In this document: piece after piece, positions 46,397 through 56,749 of the stretch
How the letters are laid out: each line of letters starts with the position of its first letter
Position numbering within the stretch: the first letter of the stretch is position 1
Assembly: GCA_000002445.1 (NCBI GenBank)
Contig: CP000068.1
Span: forward strand, 352,001-416,000
Direction of reading: 5' to 3'
DNA length: 64,000 nucleotides
Source: Trypanosoma brucei
Taxonomy: Eukaryota
Notes under the pieces: generated by a model
The model's database searches: none
Told to the model about the DNA's origin: nothing
Seen by the model: only the letters and a program-made list of their open reading frames with translations
Made by a program: the position numbers and the translations under genes

Positions 46397-46861
46397 ATGG
46401 AAAACAAAATGTCGGCTGAGCCCCGTGTTGTGAGTAGCACAAACGTTTCACCCGACGAAGAGGAGGAGGAGGAACTTGGTCTGCCGTTGGTGCCGCTTCC
46501 TCATCAGCGTAGCCCCTTGGGGACATCATCAAAGTGTGTACAAGGCAATCATGGTGGTGATGTCGCTGCTGGTGGGAGTGATGATGATGAGGATGACCTT
46601 ATTAAATATGTTTCCAATAGTTCTTCAAAACCACTGACGTCGCGAGTAAATATGGTTTACTCCTCCGCTTCCCAGAAGCGGCCTCGCAATGACAGCGAGT
46701 TGGAGCCAGGGGCAATGGCTGCTGACATGGCAACGGAACACGCAACGCTACCAGATGACACTGATCACCCTCAGGACATGGCGGAATATGAGCGATGGAA
46801 GGACCGTGATGCCGCTAGGGCGAAAGACGAACTTATGTCCCTTTTGTCAGGGAGTGCATAG
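46397..46861 (+). CDS. Hypothetical acidic low-complexity protein (154 aa)
   Basis: ATG start MENKMSAEP…. It is Glu/Asp-rich (DEEEEELGL…GGSDDDEDDL…). It is co-directional and not overlapped by stronger ORFs. No recognisable domain. Confidence 0.35.
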   Translation: MENKMSAEPRVVSSTNVSPDEEEEEELGLPLVPLPHQRSPLGTSSKCVQGNHGGDVAAGGSDDDEDDLIKYVSNSSSKPLTSRVNMVYSSASQKRPRNDSELEPGAMAADMATEHATLPDDTDHPQDMAEYERWKDRDAARAKDELMSLLSGSA

Positions 46862-47253
46862 ACGCGAACGAAAAAAAAAGGGGGAAGTGGAGTGTTACGG
46901 AGGGGAGGCTTTTTGCCTTTGGTTAAGGTTTAGAACCTGAAGCCCTTCTACTGAGCTTGTTGATCCTTCTGTACTCGCGCACCCTTTATTGAGAGCTGCC
47001 GCAATTTCGTGTTGGTGCCTGTGCGTCTGCACACTGACTCACTACCCCTTTTGAGGTTGTTCAGTTCATTAGTCTTTTTCACTTTTGTACCGTTTGCCTT
47101 GTGGTTTCCCTCTTCAGCTCGTCAACCCCTCTTCACACAACGTGAGATGCCCTGAAGCATCTTGACAAGGATGTGATGGTTCTTTTTCTTCCCCTTCTGT
47201 TCGTTTCTTTGTAGGCGTGCGAAAGCACAGGCGTGTACACTTCGTGTGGGGTC

Positions 47254-49842
47254 ATGCAGTGGCCGTCATGGGTGCTCAGTGAGGAAAACCGCGCTCTTCA
47301 GCGCAGGGCCCAACGCGCTGCCACTGACTTGAGCGAGAAGATGGACGAAGCTGCAGCGCATCGTGAAGTTGTGGAGCTTATGCTGAGGAATATTGGACAG
47401 CTGCGGCGTGCCGTCGATTCTGCTGCGCTTGCTCTTACAGAGCAGAAAAAGTTGGAAGAAAGCGATGAGGCGGAGCTGCAACAGGTGCGGCAGGATGGTT
47501 CATACTTCCGCACTGAGCTGCAAACACTGCACCGTCGTCAAGACCAACTTCAAGAGTTATTGTTGCGGTCCGAAGCGGCACTTAAGTCAAAAACGTTGGC
47601 ACTTGAGCGGCAACAGCAGGAGTTGGCTTCAGTTCTGCATGAGCAGGAAGAATTATTGCAACAACGAGAAAATGAGGGGATCGATGGGGGGGAATTTCAA
47701 AAGCACCTGAGCGTTTTTGAAGCACAGAACCGTCAGCGCTTCGATCAACTGCAAGGAGCCTTGCAGAGGGAACAGACCACCTTCAATGCCGCTAAGGATC
47801 AACTAGACCGTGAGCGAGAGGAGTACAAGCGGGTCCAGCGTGAGCTTGCGGCCATGAGGGCAAGCATTGAGCGAGAGAAACGAGAGAAACTGAAGTCCTC
47901 CCTTACTATCCAACAGGTGCACGAACTAATGAAATCAACAGAGGCGCGGACGCTTGAGAACGCGGCGTTGTACGCCACTGGCAAGGAGTCGATGGAGTCG
48001 CAGCGAACTATGTTAATGAAGCTTCAATGTGAGGCTGAGGAGCTTGAGAGACAGCGCAAGTTGGTCGACAAACATCTGCAGGACCGTCTCCGTGAGCAGG
48101 ACAGATTAACTGCGTTGTTGAGCAGTACCACAGCTGAAGTGGAGAATCAACAGAAGGAGATGGCAAGCATGCGGCGGCAGCTATCCGCACAAAGGGATGT
48201 TAATCGAGAGCTAGCTTTGTCGCGCGATAACGCTATAATGTTGCGTGATGAGCGTTGGAATAGACAGGCGCAACTCATTCACCACGCCCAAGAGCTAAAG
48301 GTCGTGCGTGACGAAATACAAAGGCAACAAAAGGAAGGTACAAACGTTCCGGGGCCGCGCTATCTTTTACAGACCCTTGACGCTTTGAAAGCTAATGAGC
48401 GGCAGCTTGACGGCCAGATGGAGCGCCTCCGTGCGGCAAACGTTGCGTGTGTCTCGCAGCTGATGCAACACGCTAGGCAGGGCGAATCGCTAGATGGACG
48501 AATGGCAGCGGTCCGGAAGTCTCTGGCAGCTGCGGATCGTGACCACGCCCAACAGTGTCAGCTGCGTGAGCAATGCGAGCGTCAGGCGGAGGCACTAACA
48601 TCGAAGGTGGAGGAACAACAGCAGCGTCTCCAGGCGGCCCGTTTGGAAGCAGCTGCTCGCAGTGGGGCGCAATACGCCATGCTTTTGGGCAACGCGCAGG
48701 ACTTACGGGTGCGGCTGCAAGGAGAGCAACGTCGTGGCTATGAACTGCGGCGTCTCGTCGCACCCCTGCAATACACCTTGAATAGCCGCCGTCGTGCATT
48801 GTTGGAGGATGAAGAGAAGTTGGCGCATCTGGTTGGTGAGGCAGGACTGCGTGGAGCAGAGCTACAACGACTGGAGTCGGAGAAGGCGCAGTCGCAGCAG
48901 GAAAAACAGACAGCGTTACTGCTTGTGGAAGAGGCGAACTTACAGCTACAGACCCTCAATCGCTTGGCAGAATCTCGCATGGTAGCAAGTTGCGAGGCTG
49001 CCGGCATGCAGGAAATAATGCGTGGTCAAGCTTTGGCAGCCGAGGAGGCACATCAGGACGATGCAAAGAATGCGTTGCTGCTTCTGCACCTGGAGCAACG
49101 TGCTGTTTCAGATAAGCATGCGGAGCTGCGTCGTCGACAGCAGCAACTTCAAGCACTGAAAGATCGTTACCAAGACATTATGCGGTCGATGGCACGAAAC
49201 GCCGCGCTAGCAGCAAATGTAAACGTCCGTGCAGGGCAGAATTCCGATCCTTCGTCGGTTACATCGTCGTCACCATGGGAATATATGGTTGAGAAGGACG
49301 AATCTTTGTTGGCGGACACTAGCGTTGATCCAGAGGTCCTGCACGCGAAGTTCATTCTCCACGCGTCAACGACACGTGAGAAACTGTGGGAGAAGGGAAA
49401 TCAACTTGATGCTCGTGTAATGTTTCTTGAGCATGAGGTATCTGCCTTGAGGAAGATGCTTCACGCTATGCGCTCCACCGGGTCCCATCGAGAACGAACT
49501 ATAGAGGCAACGTCATCCAATTTGCCGAAGCGTTCAGAGCGGCAGAATCCAAATGACACGCAGCTTCTTACCTCCCTGCGCGAAGGTTTGACAAGGGGTC
49601 AACAAGCGGTGGAGGTTGAGCTGCAAGGTGTTAAGGAGTCACTGCAGCTTTTACAGAAGCGGATGCAAGAGGTGGGTGAAAAACATAGAAGTGAGATGAG
49701 ACGACTAAGTGAACTGCGGAGTCTGAAAGTAGGCAAAGAGGCACAGCTGCGGCGACTGAGGGATAAACTGCAACGGCAGCAAACCCAAAAAGTGCAGCAA
49801 CGTCTTAAACCTCTCTCTGCTTTGTGTGGCCGTTCAGCGTAG
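47254..49842 (+). CDS. Coiled-coil protein (862 aa from first ATG), function unknown
   Basis: Long uninterrupted ORF rich in Q/E/R/L/A heptad-like sequence throughout (…LQQVRQDGSYFRTELQTLHRRQDQLQELLLRSEAALKSKTLALERQQQELAS…). The ORF-track start is GTG 47233 and the first ATG is 47254. Confidence 0.6.
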   Translation: MQWPSWVLSEENRALQRRAQRAATDLSEKMDEAAAHREVVELMLRNIGQLRRAVDSAALALTEQKKLEESDEAELQQVRQDGSYFRTELQTLHRRQDQLQELLLRSEAALKSKTLALERQQQELASVLHEQEELLQQRENEGIDGGEFQKHLSVFEAQNRQRFDQLQGALQREQTTFNAAKDQLDREREEYKRVQRELAAMRASIEREKREKLKSSLTIQQVHELMKSTEARTLENAALYATGKESMESQRTMLMKLQCEAEELERQRKLVDKHLQDRLREQDRLTALLSSTTAEVENQQKEMASMRRQLSAQRDVNRELALSRDNAIMLRDERWNRQAQLIHHAQELKVVRDEIQRQQKEGTNVPGPRYLLQTLDALKANERQLDGQMERLRAANVACVSQLMQHARQGESLDGRMAAVRKSLAAADRDHAQQCQLREQCERQAEALTSKVEEQQQRLQAARLEAAARSGAQYAMLLGNAQDLRVRLQGEQRRGYELRRLVAPLQYTLNSRRRALLEDEEKLAHLVGEAGLRGAELQRLESEKAQSQQEKQTALLLVEEANLQLQTLNRLAESRMVASCEAAGMQEIMRGQALAAEEAHQDDAKNALLLLHLEQRAVSDKHAELRRRQQQLQALKDRYQDIMRSMARNAALAANVNVRAGQNSDPSSVTSSSPWEYMVEKDESLLADTSVDPEVLHAKFILHASTTREKLWEKGNQLDARVMFLEHEVSALRKMLHAMRSTGSHRERTIEATSSNLPKRSERQNPNDTQLLTSLREGLTRGQQAVEVELQGVKESLQLLQKRMQEVGEKHRSEMRRLSELRSLKVGKEAQLRRLRDKLQRQQTQKVQQRLKPLSALCGRSA

Positions 49843-50294
49843 CGGGGTGCCAGACGCTTAGGACTCCCGAGCTGTTTGGTTTCATTGATTTTTTTTTTTA
49901 GCGTTCATTCAGTTCAGTTGTGTTTTATTTGGATTTGAGCAAGCGCCGTGCGTTCTTATGAATTGCGCCCTTGGGTTAATAGCTCCCGTCAGCTTCGCCA
50001 GGCAGCATTTTGCCTTACCGATAATCAATTTCATGCACGGACGTTCTCTTATTTTCCCCTATTGTCTTGATTTCATTTGTTTTAACAGCAATAGACACAC
50101 ATAACACTACCGTCTAGAAGTATCAACAGCAGGAGCATTGCACTTTGAAGCGCTGACATATCAGGGAAGAGAAAAATCCACCTACTTTTCCAGCGATCTA
50201 ACCCCATTAAAAACAACAACGAAAGTCACCACTGCGTCGAACCGCGCTACTCCACTCGAACGCAGACACTCACACATTAACACAAAACAGCGAA

Positions 50295-50597
50295 ATGTTT
50301 TGCTCCACTTGCGTCTCGCTGGTCGGTGTGATTTCAGCCTTGATGCTCTTAAGTTATTTGGGTTTCGTGATCATTTACGTTCCCGTCTACCGCTATTTAG
50401 CCATCACTGTGCTGTTGCTGTTGCTTTCGTACAGGCTTTCAGTTTGGCGATTCCTGCCAACAGAACGGGCGCACGTGCGGCGACTGGCAGAAAAAATAGT
50501 CGAGAGGCGACGCGCCTACGCTTTGCCAACCTCTGAGGAGCTGAGGAGTGATGTCGGTGCTAACGCTTTATATGTCCCCGCTGCCCCTTATTTATAG
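50295..50597 (+). CDS. Possible small two-pass membrane protein (100 aa)
   Basis: ATG start. It has two strongly hydrophobic segments (CVSLVGVISALMLLSYLGFVIIYV and LAITVLLLLLSY) followed by a basic tail (ERAHVRRLAEKIVERRRAY). It is short and unsupported by homology, so tentative. Confidence 0.25.
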   Translation: MFCSTCVSLVGVISALMLLSYLGFVIIYVPVYRYLAITVLLLLLSYRLSVWRFLPTERAHVRRLAEKIVERRRAYALPTSEELRSDVGANALYVPAAPYL

Positions 50598-51407
50598 TTT
50601 TGATTTGACTTTTATTAATTAAATTAAGAAATCTTATTCTCTTTAATTATTATTTTGTTTGTTTGTTTGTTCTTTTGTTTTGTTTTGTTACCTCCGTTTG
50701 TTTCGCATCTTCCAGGGGCCACGCTATGCACAAAGAGTGGAGCTGGCGTGATTAGTGGATCATGGCGAAGAGGAGTGTTTCATTTTGTATTATTATTATT
50801 TCTTCCGGTGCTTTTCTTCCTTGGCATTACTTTTGTAGTGCTCTACGTCAGTACGTTTTTTTTGGAAGTGTGCTCGTACTCCGCCGCACTACTCCTGTTA
50901 CTACCTCTACTACTGATAAACTTCATTAACAATTGATTACGAAAAATCATGATCATAATAATGGTATCGAACAGTTAAGAAGATGACACACGCACACATG
51001 TGTGTTTGCACTCGTTTTCTATTTCATTTCTTCTCTCGTACTTTTTCTACTTCTCGTTGCCACCGTTGCTATTCGTAAATTGGGGTGCACTTAATCTCAA
51101 ACAAGCGGTAATAGTAGCGGAAGAAAGTGAGTGTTCGTCTGCTGGAGGAAAAGAAACAGCACCAGCGGGGAGGAGGAAATACCTGACGGGCTCTTGTAAG
51201 AAAGAAAGGGGGTAAACTATAAATATATACATTTGTCGGAGCATTCATTCCTCACACGTACAAAGTGGAACAAAGGTTCAACTGAAACAGTTTGAAGTGG
51301 AAAAGGAAAGAAAAGAGGGAGTGGGAAAAGGACAAAACAAAAAAGAAAGGGGAGGAAGGAAAGCCAGACTGGACCAAGCAACAAAGAGGAATCTATAGGG
51401 AAAGGGA

Positions 51408-52337
51408 ATGGCAGTCATAGTAAAGACTGGTAAGTGCGTATCACCAGGAGATGTTTTGTATGCTACTGACATCTATGATGCAATAGGCACCATAGTGGTG
51501 GCTGCATCCGATACCGGAGCTGTTAGTGCTGGTAATCATGCTGACGATGCCATTATTGCTGGGACCGGATGCTATTCTCGTGTTGTTTCCAAGTCTGATG
51601 GTGCGGTGTCAAGCCAAATCATTACGACACTTCTGGGCATTGTGCAGTGGAGTGGCAATGTCGTTTCGGTACGGCAGCCGACAAAAAGGGCCCGCGACGC
51701 CACGACAATTGAAGTGGTGTCGCTAAACGCTTTAAAGGACGCGGGTACTTGTGGAGACTCGGCTACGCCACGTTTGTCAACGCCGGGAGAAGCAACTTCA
51801 TCAGTGAGCGAAACACCGGCCTCAACTGCGGTGTCGACTGCGCCAAAGTCATTGTGGATTTCGACATCAGTATTCGGGCCCCGTATGGGAGATAATGTTC
51901 ATCTGCGTGTCGTCCGCGTATCCCGCTCCTTCGCGTATGGCGAGATCATAGCCGTAAACGGAACGTGGTGCAGTAACAGTGGTAGCAACGGTGGTGGTGG
52001 CGGGGCACTGGGTGGTTTTCGAGGTGTTATTCGGATGGAGGACATTCGCCCCTTCAAGCCCCGAAAGGATCAACTGACACCACCGCCACCTGCTGATGCT
52101 TTTCAGGATGGTGATGTGGTGGTTGCAACGGTGTTGTCACAGTCGGATGTGCGGCAGTACCAACTGAGTACTGTAGCTGAGCATTGTGGTGTTGTGGAGG
52201 CCTTCACAGTGTTGAACAGCAACGGTCGCGAGAGGCGCGTGCGATTGCGGCACATTCCCGAGTGTCGCGACATAATGAAGTGCCCACTAAGCGGTAATTT
52301 GCACCGCCGGTGGTGCCCGCTAATTCGGTTAGTCTAA
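51408..52337 (+). CDS. CSL4: Exosome complex component CSL4 (N-terminal domain + S1 domain + Zn-ribbon-like C-terminus), 309 aa
   Basis: It has the N-terminal PGDVL motif. Across the S1 region it is strongly collinear with yeast Csl4: GDNVHLRVVRVSRSFAYGEIIAVNG…NSGSNGGGGG…FRGVIRMEDIRPF…FQDGDVVVATVLSQSDVRQYQLSTVAEHCGVVEAF aligns with [23 protein letters not shown]…GSNGSG…GGGSG…FRGIIRSQDVRS…[34 protein letters not shown]. The C-terminus has Cys-containing …ECRDIMKCPLSGNLHRRWCP. Confidence 0.7.
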   Translation: MAVIVKTGKCVSPGDVLYATDIYDAIGTIVVAASDTGAVSAGNHADDAIIAGTGCYSRVVSKSDGAVSSQIITTLLGIVQWSGNVVSVRQPTKRARDATTIEVVSLNALKDAGTCGDSATPRLSTPGEATSSVSETPASTAVSTAPKSLWISTSVFGPRMGDNVHLRVVRVSRSFAYGEIIAVNGTWCSNSGSNGGGGGALGGFRGVIRMEDIRPFKPRKDQLTPPPPADAFQDGDVVVATVLSQSDVRQYQLSTVAEHCGVVEAFTVLNSNGRERRVRLRHIPECRDIMKCPLSGNLHRRWCPLIRLV

Positions 52338-52982
52338 GTGACTTGTCATCTCTTCGTCTTGTGCGTACGTGTGCATACGCACTGGGGTGTTTGATGCAGC
52401 AGTGGTGAATTTTAACAACTCGGTTACACGGGTTGGTACATTTTTGTATAAGGGAGGGAAGGGTGATCAGAGAAGACGGGATGCCTTTTCCTTTCGGCTC
52501 TGTTATGGTGGCTGCTGCATGCATCAACTTTGATGGGTAAAAGGTGTGGGTGGAGAATCTAAACCAGGTCGTAAATATATGGTCGCATAAACACAAATGT
52601 ATGAATGACGCTGCTGCTGCTAACCCTATCGTTTTTTTTGTGCATTTCTTTTATATAATTATTCCTTCTTTTCGTGTATGTTTCGTTTGCCATTTGTTGC
52701 TGTAGGATCGGTGTGGACGTTTTTTTTTTTTTTAATTATCATAAACAAAGTTGACAAAGATAAAAGTAGTGAATTTTCAAAGTTTTCTCTATTTCATTAA
52801 GTGCATATACAAGAGAGACTCGTTCATAACGAAGGTTGTATCACCCTGTCATCAGGAGAAGAACTGAGGCGTGAAGATATCCCAGGGAAGTTATACCATC
52901 CGATAGCAGTACTGCAACCCTTCAAGTAACTCTACAATTCTGTTTATTCCTCTACAGCTATTTGCGTCTACCCATTACTGAA

Positions 52983-53918
52983 ATGTTATTTGACTGCACT
53001 TTGCTGTCGTTGCTCGGTGCCATGGTAGCAGCTATTGGCCTCTACCGCGTGGTTCAGTTTGTACATTTAACTTTCTTCAGTACCGGCCACGACCTCAAAC
53101 GTCGCTACTCCAAAGCTGGAGATTGGGCAGTCGTAACTGGTGGGACGGAAGGTATTGGTCGGGCAGTGGCACTTGACCTCGCCAATCGTGGCTTTAATGT
53201 TTGCGTCATCTCCCGCACACAATCAAAGCTGGACGAGGTGGTAGCCGAAATTGAGAAATGCGGCACAAGGGGGCACTCCATCGCTTTCGACTTTGCAACC
53301 GCTGGTGAGGCGGAGTACAAAATGCTTTTTGCGAAGTTGGATTCGCTAGCGGTTGGGCTACTGGTTAACAACGTCGGTGTGAATTACACTTACGCCAACT
53401 ACTTTGATGAAGCGGATGTGGTGGATGACTTGCGTATCATTAAGGTCAACTGTGAGGCCACCACACGAATGACAAAGTTCTTTGCGCCGCGGATGAAGGC
53501 CCGCCGTGCCGGTGGAATTGTGCTGCTCGGTTCCTTCTCTGCAGTTACTCCAGCGCCTCTGCTCGCAACGTACGCCGGCACGAAGGCATTTAACGTTTCA
53601 TTTGGCGATGCCCTTTTCTACGAACTCAAGAAGTTTGGTGTGGATGTTTTGGTTGTGACACCAAATCTTGTTGTCAGCAGAATGACGCAAGGCGCAAGCA
53701 CCCGGGCACCGAAGGAAACGTTCCTTACCGTAGGCGCGGCTGCCATGGCGCGTCAAACGTTGAATCAACTCGGTGTTGTGAACCGCACCGCCGGCCACCG
53801 AAACCACATTATCATCGAAGCCATCGCCCGTCTCTTGCCCGAGTCTTTGCGTGGTGAAAAGATGTTGGCAATGCACGAAAGCATTAAGAAGCGAGCAGAG
53901 CGCAAGGCGAAACAGTAA
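52983..53918 (+). CDS. Short-chain dehydrogenase/reductase of the very-long-chain 3-oxoacyl-CoA reductase (KAR/HSD17B12) type, 311 aa
   Basis: N-terminal hydrophobic membrane anchor. Rossmann motif AVVTGGTEGIGRAVA, NNVG, catalytic YAGTKAF and a basic C-terminal tail (KKRAERKAKQ). This architecture is typical of the ER elongase-pathway ketoacyl reductase. The ORF-track TTG start at 52962 was re-set to ATG 52983. Confidence 0.7.
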   Translation: MLFDCTLLSLLGAMVAAIGLYRVVQFVHLTFFSTGHDLKRRYSKAGDWAVVTGGTEGIGRAVALDLANRGFNVCVISRTQSKLDEVVAEIEKCGTRGHSIAFDFATAGEAEYKMLFAKLDSLAVGLLVNNVGVNYTYANYFDEADVVDDLRIIKVNCEATTRMTKFFAPRMKARRAGGIVLLGSFSAVTPAPLLATYAGTKAFNVSFGDALFYELKKFGVDVLVVTPNLVVSRMTQGASTRAPKETFLTVGAAAMARQTLNQLGVVNRTAGHRNHIIIEAIARLLPESLRGEKMLAMHESIKKRAERKAKQ

Positions 53919-53949
53919 GAACAGGTGAAGAAGAGGGTAGGGGGGGGGA

Positions 53950-53950
<1 letters not shown>

Positions 53951-53977
<27 letters not shown>
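53951..53977 (+). repeat. (TA)13 microsatellite
   Basis: Perfect TA run immediately 3' of the SDR gene stop. Confidence 0.9.
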
Positions 53978-53984
<7 letters not shown>

Positions 53985-55241
53985 AAGAAAAACAAATGGT
54001 GCAGAATAACGACTACAGCTGTGACCCCAACAGCGAAAATGTGATACGAGCTGGCGGCACACAAGACAAAGAAAAGGGAAAAAGTTGTGAATAATAGAGG
54101 GGAGGGGGAGAGGGGAGGGGGGGAAAAAAACATGGCATTTTGTGACACCAAAAGTGGTTCAGGGGAAAGGTATGACAATAGCATGAAGTACGGAATTCAC
54201 AGCGCCTTGACTGCGCAGGATTCTTTTCATACCCTTTCTCTCCCTTTTTTTTTCCTTTTCTTTTCTTTTCCTTTTCCTTTTCCTTTTCCCATGCCCCTTC
54301 TTTTTCTGTCTTTCGGCGTCACCATCTATATATTTTTTGTTTGTATTTTCAACGGCGCGGCACACTTGAGCAATTGGAACAACTCACGCAGCGGTTGGAG
54401 GGGAATTAGCTGCTTTTCATTTATTTCAATGCTTCTCCATCCGTTTTTTTCTTTTTTTCTTTTTGCTGCTTCTACTACCCAGCGGAAATAGAAATAGAAA
54501 AAAAAATGGGCGGACTGGGGATGCGCGTAAAGAAAAAAAACTTCATCACGTCACACGATGTCGTTGATGGGAATTAAAATGTGAGGACGCGGAGAGTACT
54601 TTTTTTTTTTTGAAGGAAACAACGAAACGAAGCGAAAAAAAAAAGAGGGGAAGAAGAACCAAAAGAAAAAAAAGGAAAATTATAAAACGGATAAGAAAGG
54701 AACATGAATAAAGGAAAAGAAAGGCAAGAAGAGGCATCTGGCCGTCACCATGCGGCGTGCATGAAGGTAAGGGAGAGTTCGCACCGTCTTTTTTTTTTAA
54801 TAATAATAATAATTATTATTATTATTATGCGTGAGAGGGGGAAAGGGTGCTTGATTCCAAAGTTGTCGCCTTCATTTTATTATTATTATTATTGAAAATA
54901 CACACACACACACACAAAATAAATAAATAAATATATTAATATATTTACATACTTATTTTTTAGTTGTTGTTTCGCTTTGTGCTTCGACTGTCATTGGTGC
55001 ACCTTGTGCCCGTGTGTTGTTGTGGCTCCTCCAATGCCAAAAAAAAAAGGACAATTTCGTTTTCTTTCATATATCTCCCTTTGCTTTGCTGTGTAACTCA
55101 AAACATTTTCTTTGTTTTTTTTAAAAAATTAATTGCCTTCCCCTTTGTTACAACAAATCGAGGTATAAATAGATAAATAAATTAGTAAATAAATATATAC
55201 ATACATTTATTTACTAATTTTTTTTTTTAAAGGGCATCAAA

Positions 55242-55808
55242 ATGATGCCCGTCGCGGGTAGCTCCAATTGCTGCGGCAGTGTTTGCCGTTTGTCATGTGG
55301 TACTGGAGGATTAAAACATGAAGAGCAGATGCTTCGTATTGGTGCCAATTCAACTGTTCTTACAAGTTCTGCTGCAACAACACTTATTGTAGAAGATACG
55401 CATGATGACACATGCACATGTGAGTCTCCACTCATCCCGATGCAATTTACCCAACCTGTTGAGGTTTTAGATGCAATACTTTTCTCTGAAGCGGCGTTAC
55501 GTGAAAAGCGTCGTGAGGAGATTAGAATGGAGGATGAGAAACTACTGAAGGCGAGAAGGGAAAATATATTAAAACAACCTCCACTGGTTGTTAGGCCGCC
55601 ATTGTTGAGTCCCTTCTGTCCTAATGGACTTCCACCACTTGAAATTAAACAAGAACCGCTTTTTATGGAGAAGGACACGGTGGTTTCATCCATACGTGAA
55701 GAACTTCAGAAGCAGCGGCGTGAGAAGGCAGAAACTGAAGCGGCGTTACAAGAGGCAGAACTCGCTGCATTAGAGCTCAAATTGCTGTTACAGAAGGTGA
55801 GCATCTGA
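55242..55808 (+). CDS. Hypothetical protein (188 aa)
   Basis: Clean ATG after a poly-T tract and co-directional. It has an N-terminal Cys-rich stretch (SSNCCGSVCRLSCGTGG) and a C-terminal charged helical segment. No recognisable family. Confidence 0.35.
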   Translation: MMPVAGSSNCCGSVCRLSCGTGGLKHEEQMLRIGANSTVLTSSAATTLIVEDTHDDTCTCESPLIPMQFTQPVEVLDAILFSEAALREKRREEIRMEDEKLLKARRENILKQPPLVVRPPLLSPFCPNGLPPLEIKQEPLFMEKDTVVSSIREELQKQRREKAETEAALQEAELAALELKLLLQKVSI

Positions 55809-55949
55809 TTCATTTTATTTTATTTTATTTTATTTTCTTCCTTTGCTCTCCTGCTTTAATTCTTATGAAGCGGAAGCTGTACCATATATATCATGTTGAA
55901 GTGCAATGGGCACTTGCACACACATATATATATATGTATCGTGATGTAT

Positions 55950-55978
55950 GTATATATATATATATATATATACATATA
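55950..55978 (+). repeat. (TA)n microsatellite
   Basis: tatatatatatatatatatatacatatat. Confidence 0.85.
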
Positions 55979-56749
55979 TTTTACATGTTTATGTGATGCG
56001 TGCATTACACATTTGTGCTTTTGTTGTCGTTGTCGTTGTTGTTTTTCTTTACCCCTGCTGAAGTGTATTCTGTTGAGAACAAACACGGGATTTTTAATTT
56101 CCCACTTTGTTGCACTTGAAAATATATGTTGTAAACCTCATTTTTTTTTCCCCTCTCAAAAAAAATAAATAAAATAATGAGGAAGAATAAAAGAAAACGC
56201 ATCTTCTTTTTTCTTTTTTCTTTTTTTTTTTTTGCCTTCCATTTGCTTATTGTGCGCTCTTCGGAAGTTTTTTAGGTGAAGCGAAAAACAAAACAAAAAA
56301 AAGTGGTGATATAAAATATTTATATAAAACCGTGTGCCACATCTGGCTGGGACACGTACGCTGACGGTGCGCGGGGTTCCATTAGACACTTCACGATTCC
56401 GCAAAAAAAAGAAGCACTTCAACCCAGTTGAAAGGTGTGTGTTTGTGGAAGAACTGGAAACAACAACAGCAACAAAATAACACACAAAAAAAGAAAGAAC
56501 ATTACATAAATAGAGTTTTTTTTTTAAAAAAAAGAAAAAAAAAGAAAAAAGAAAGGAAAGGAAGGAAAAGAAAAAAAAAAAAGAGGTGCTTCACACTCAC
56601 TAACCCCGCCCCCAAGATATATTTAGTGGTAAGGTTACAATTTTCACTCATTTCACCTCGCCCCTTGTGTGTAAACATCAGATCTATATTAAATTCTTGC
56701 GCCATTTAAACTGAGGCGAAAGTTTTTTTTTTGTTTTTTTAAAAAAAAG

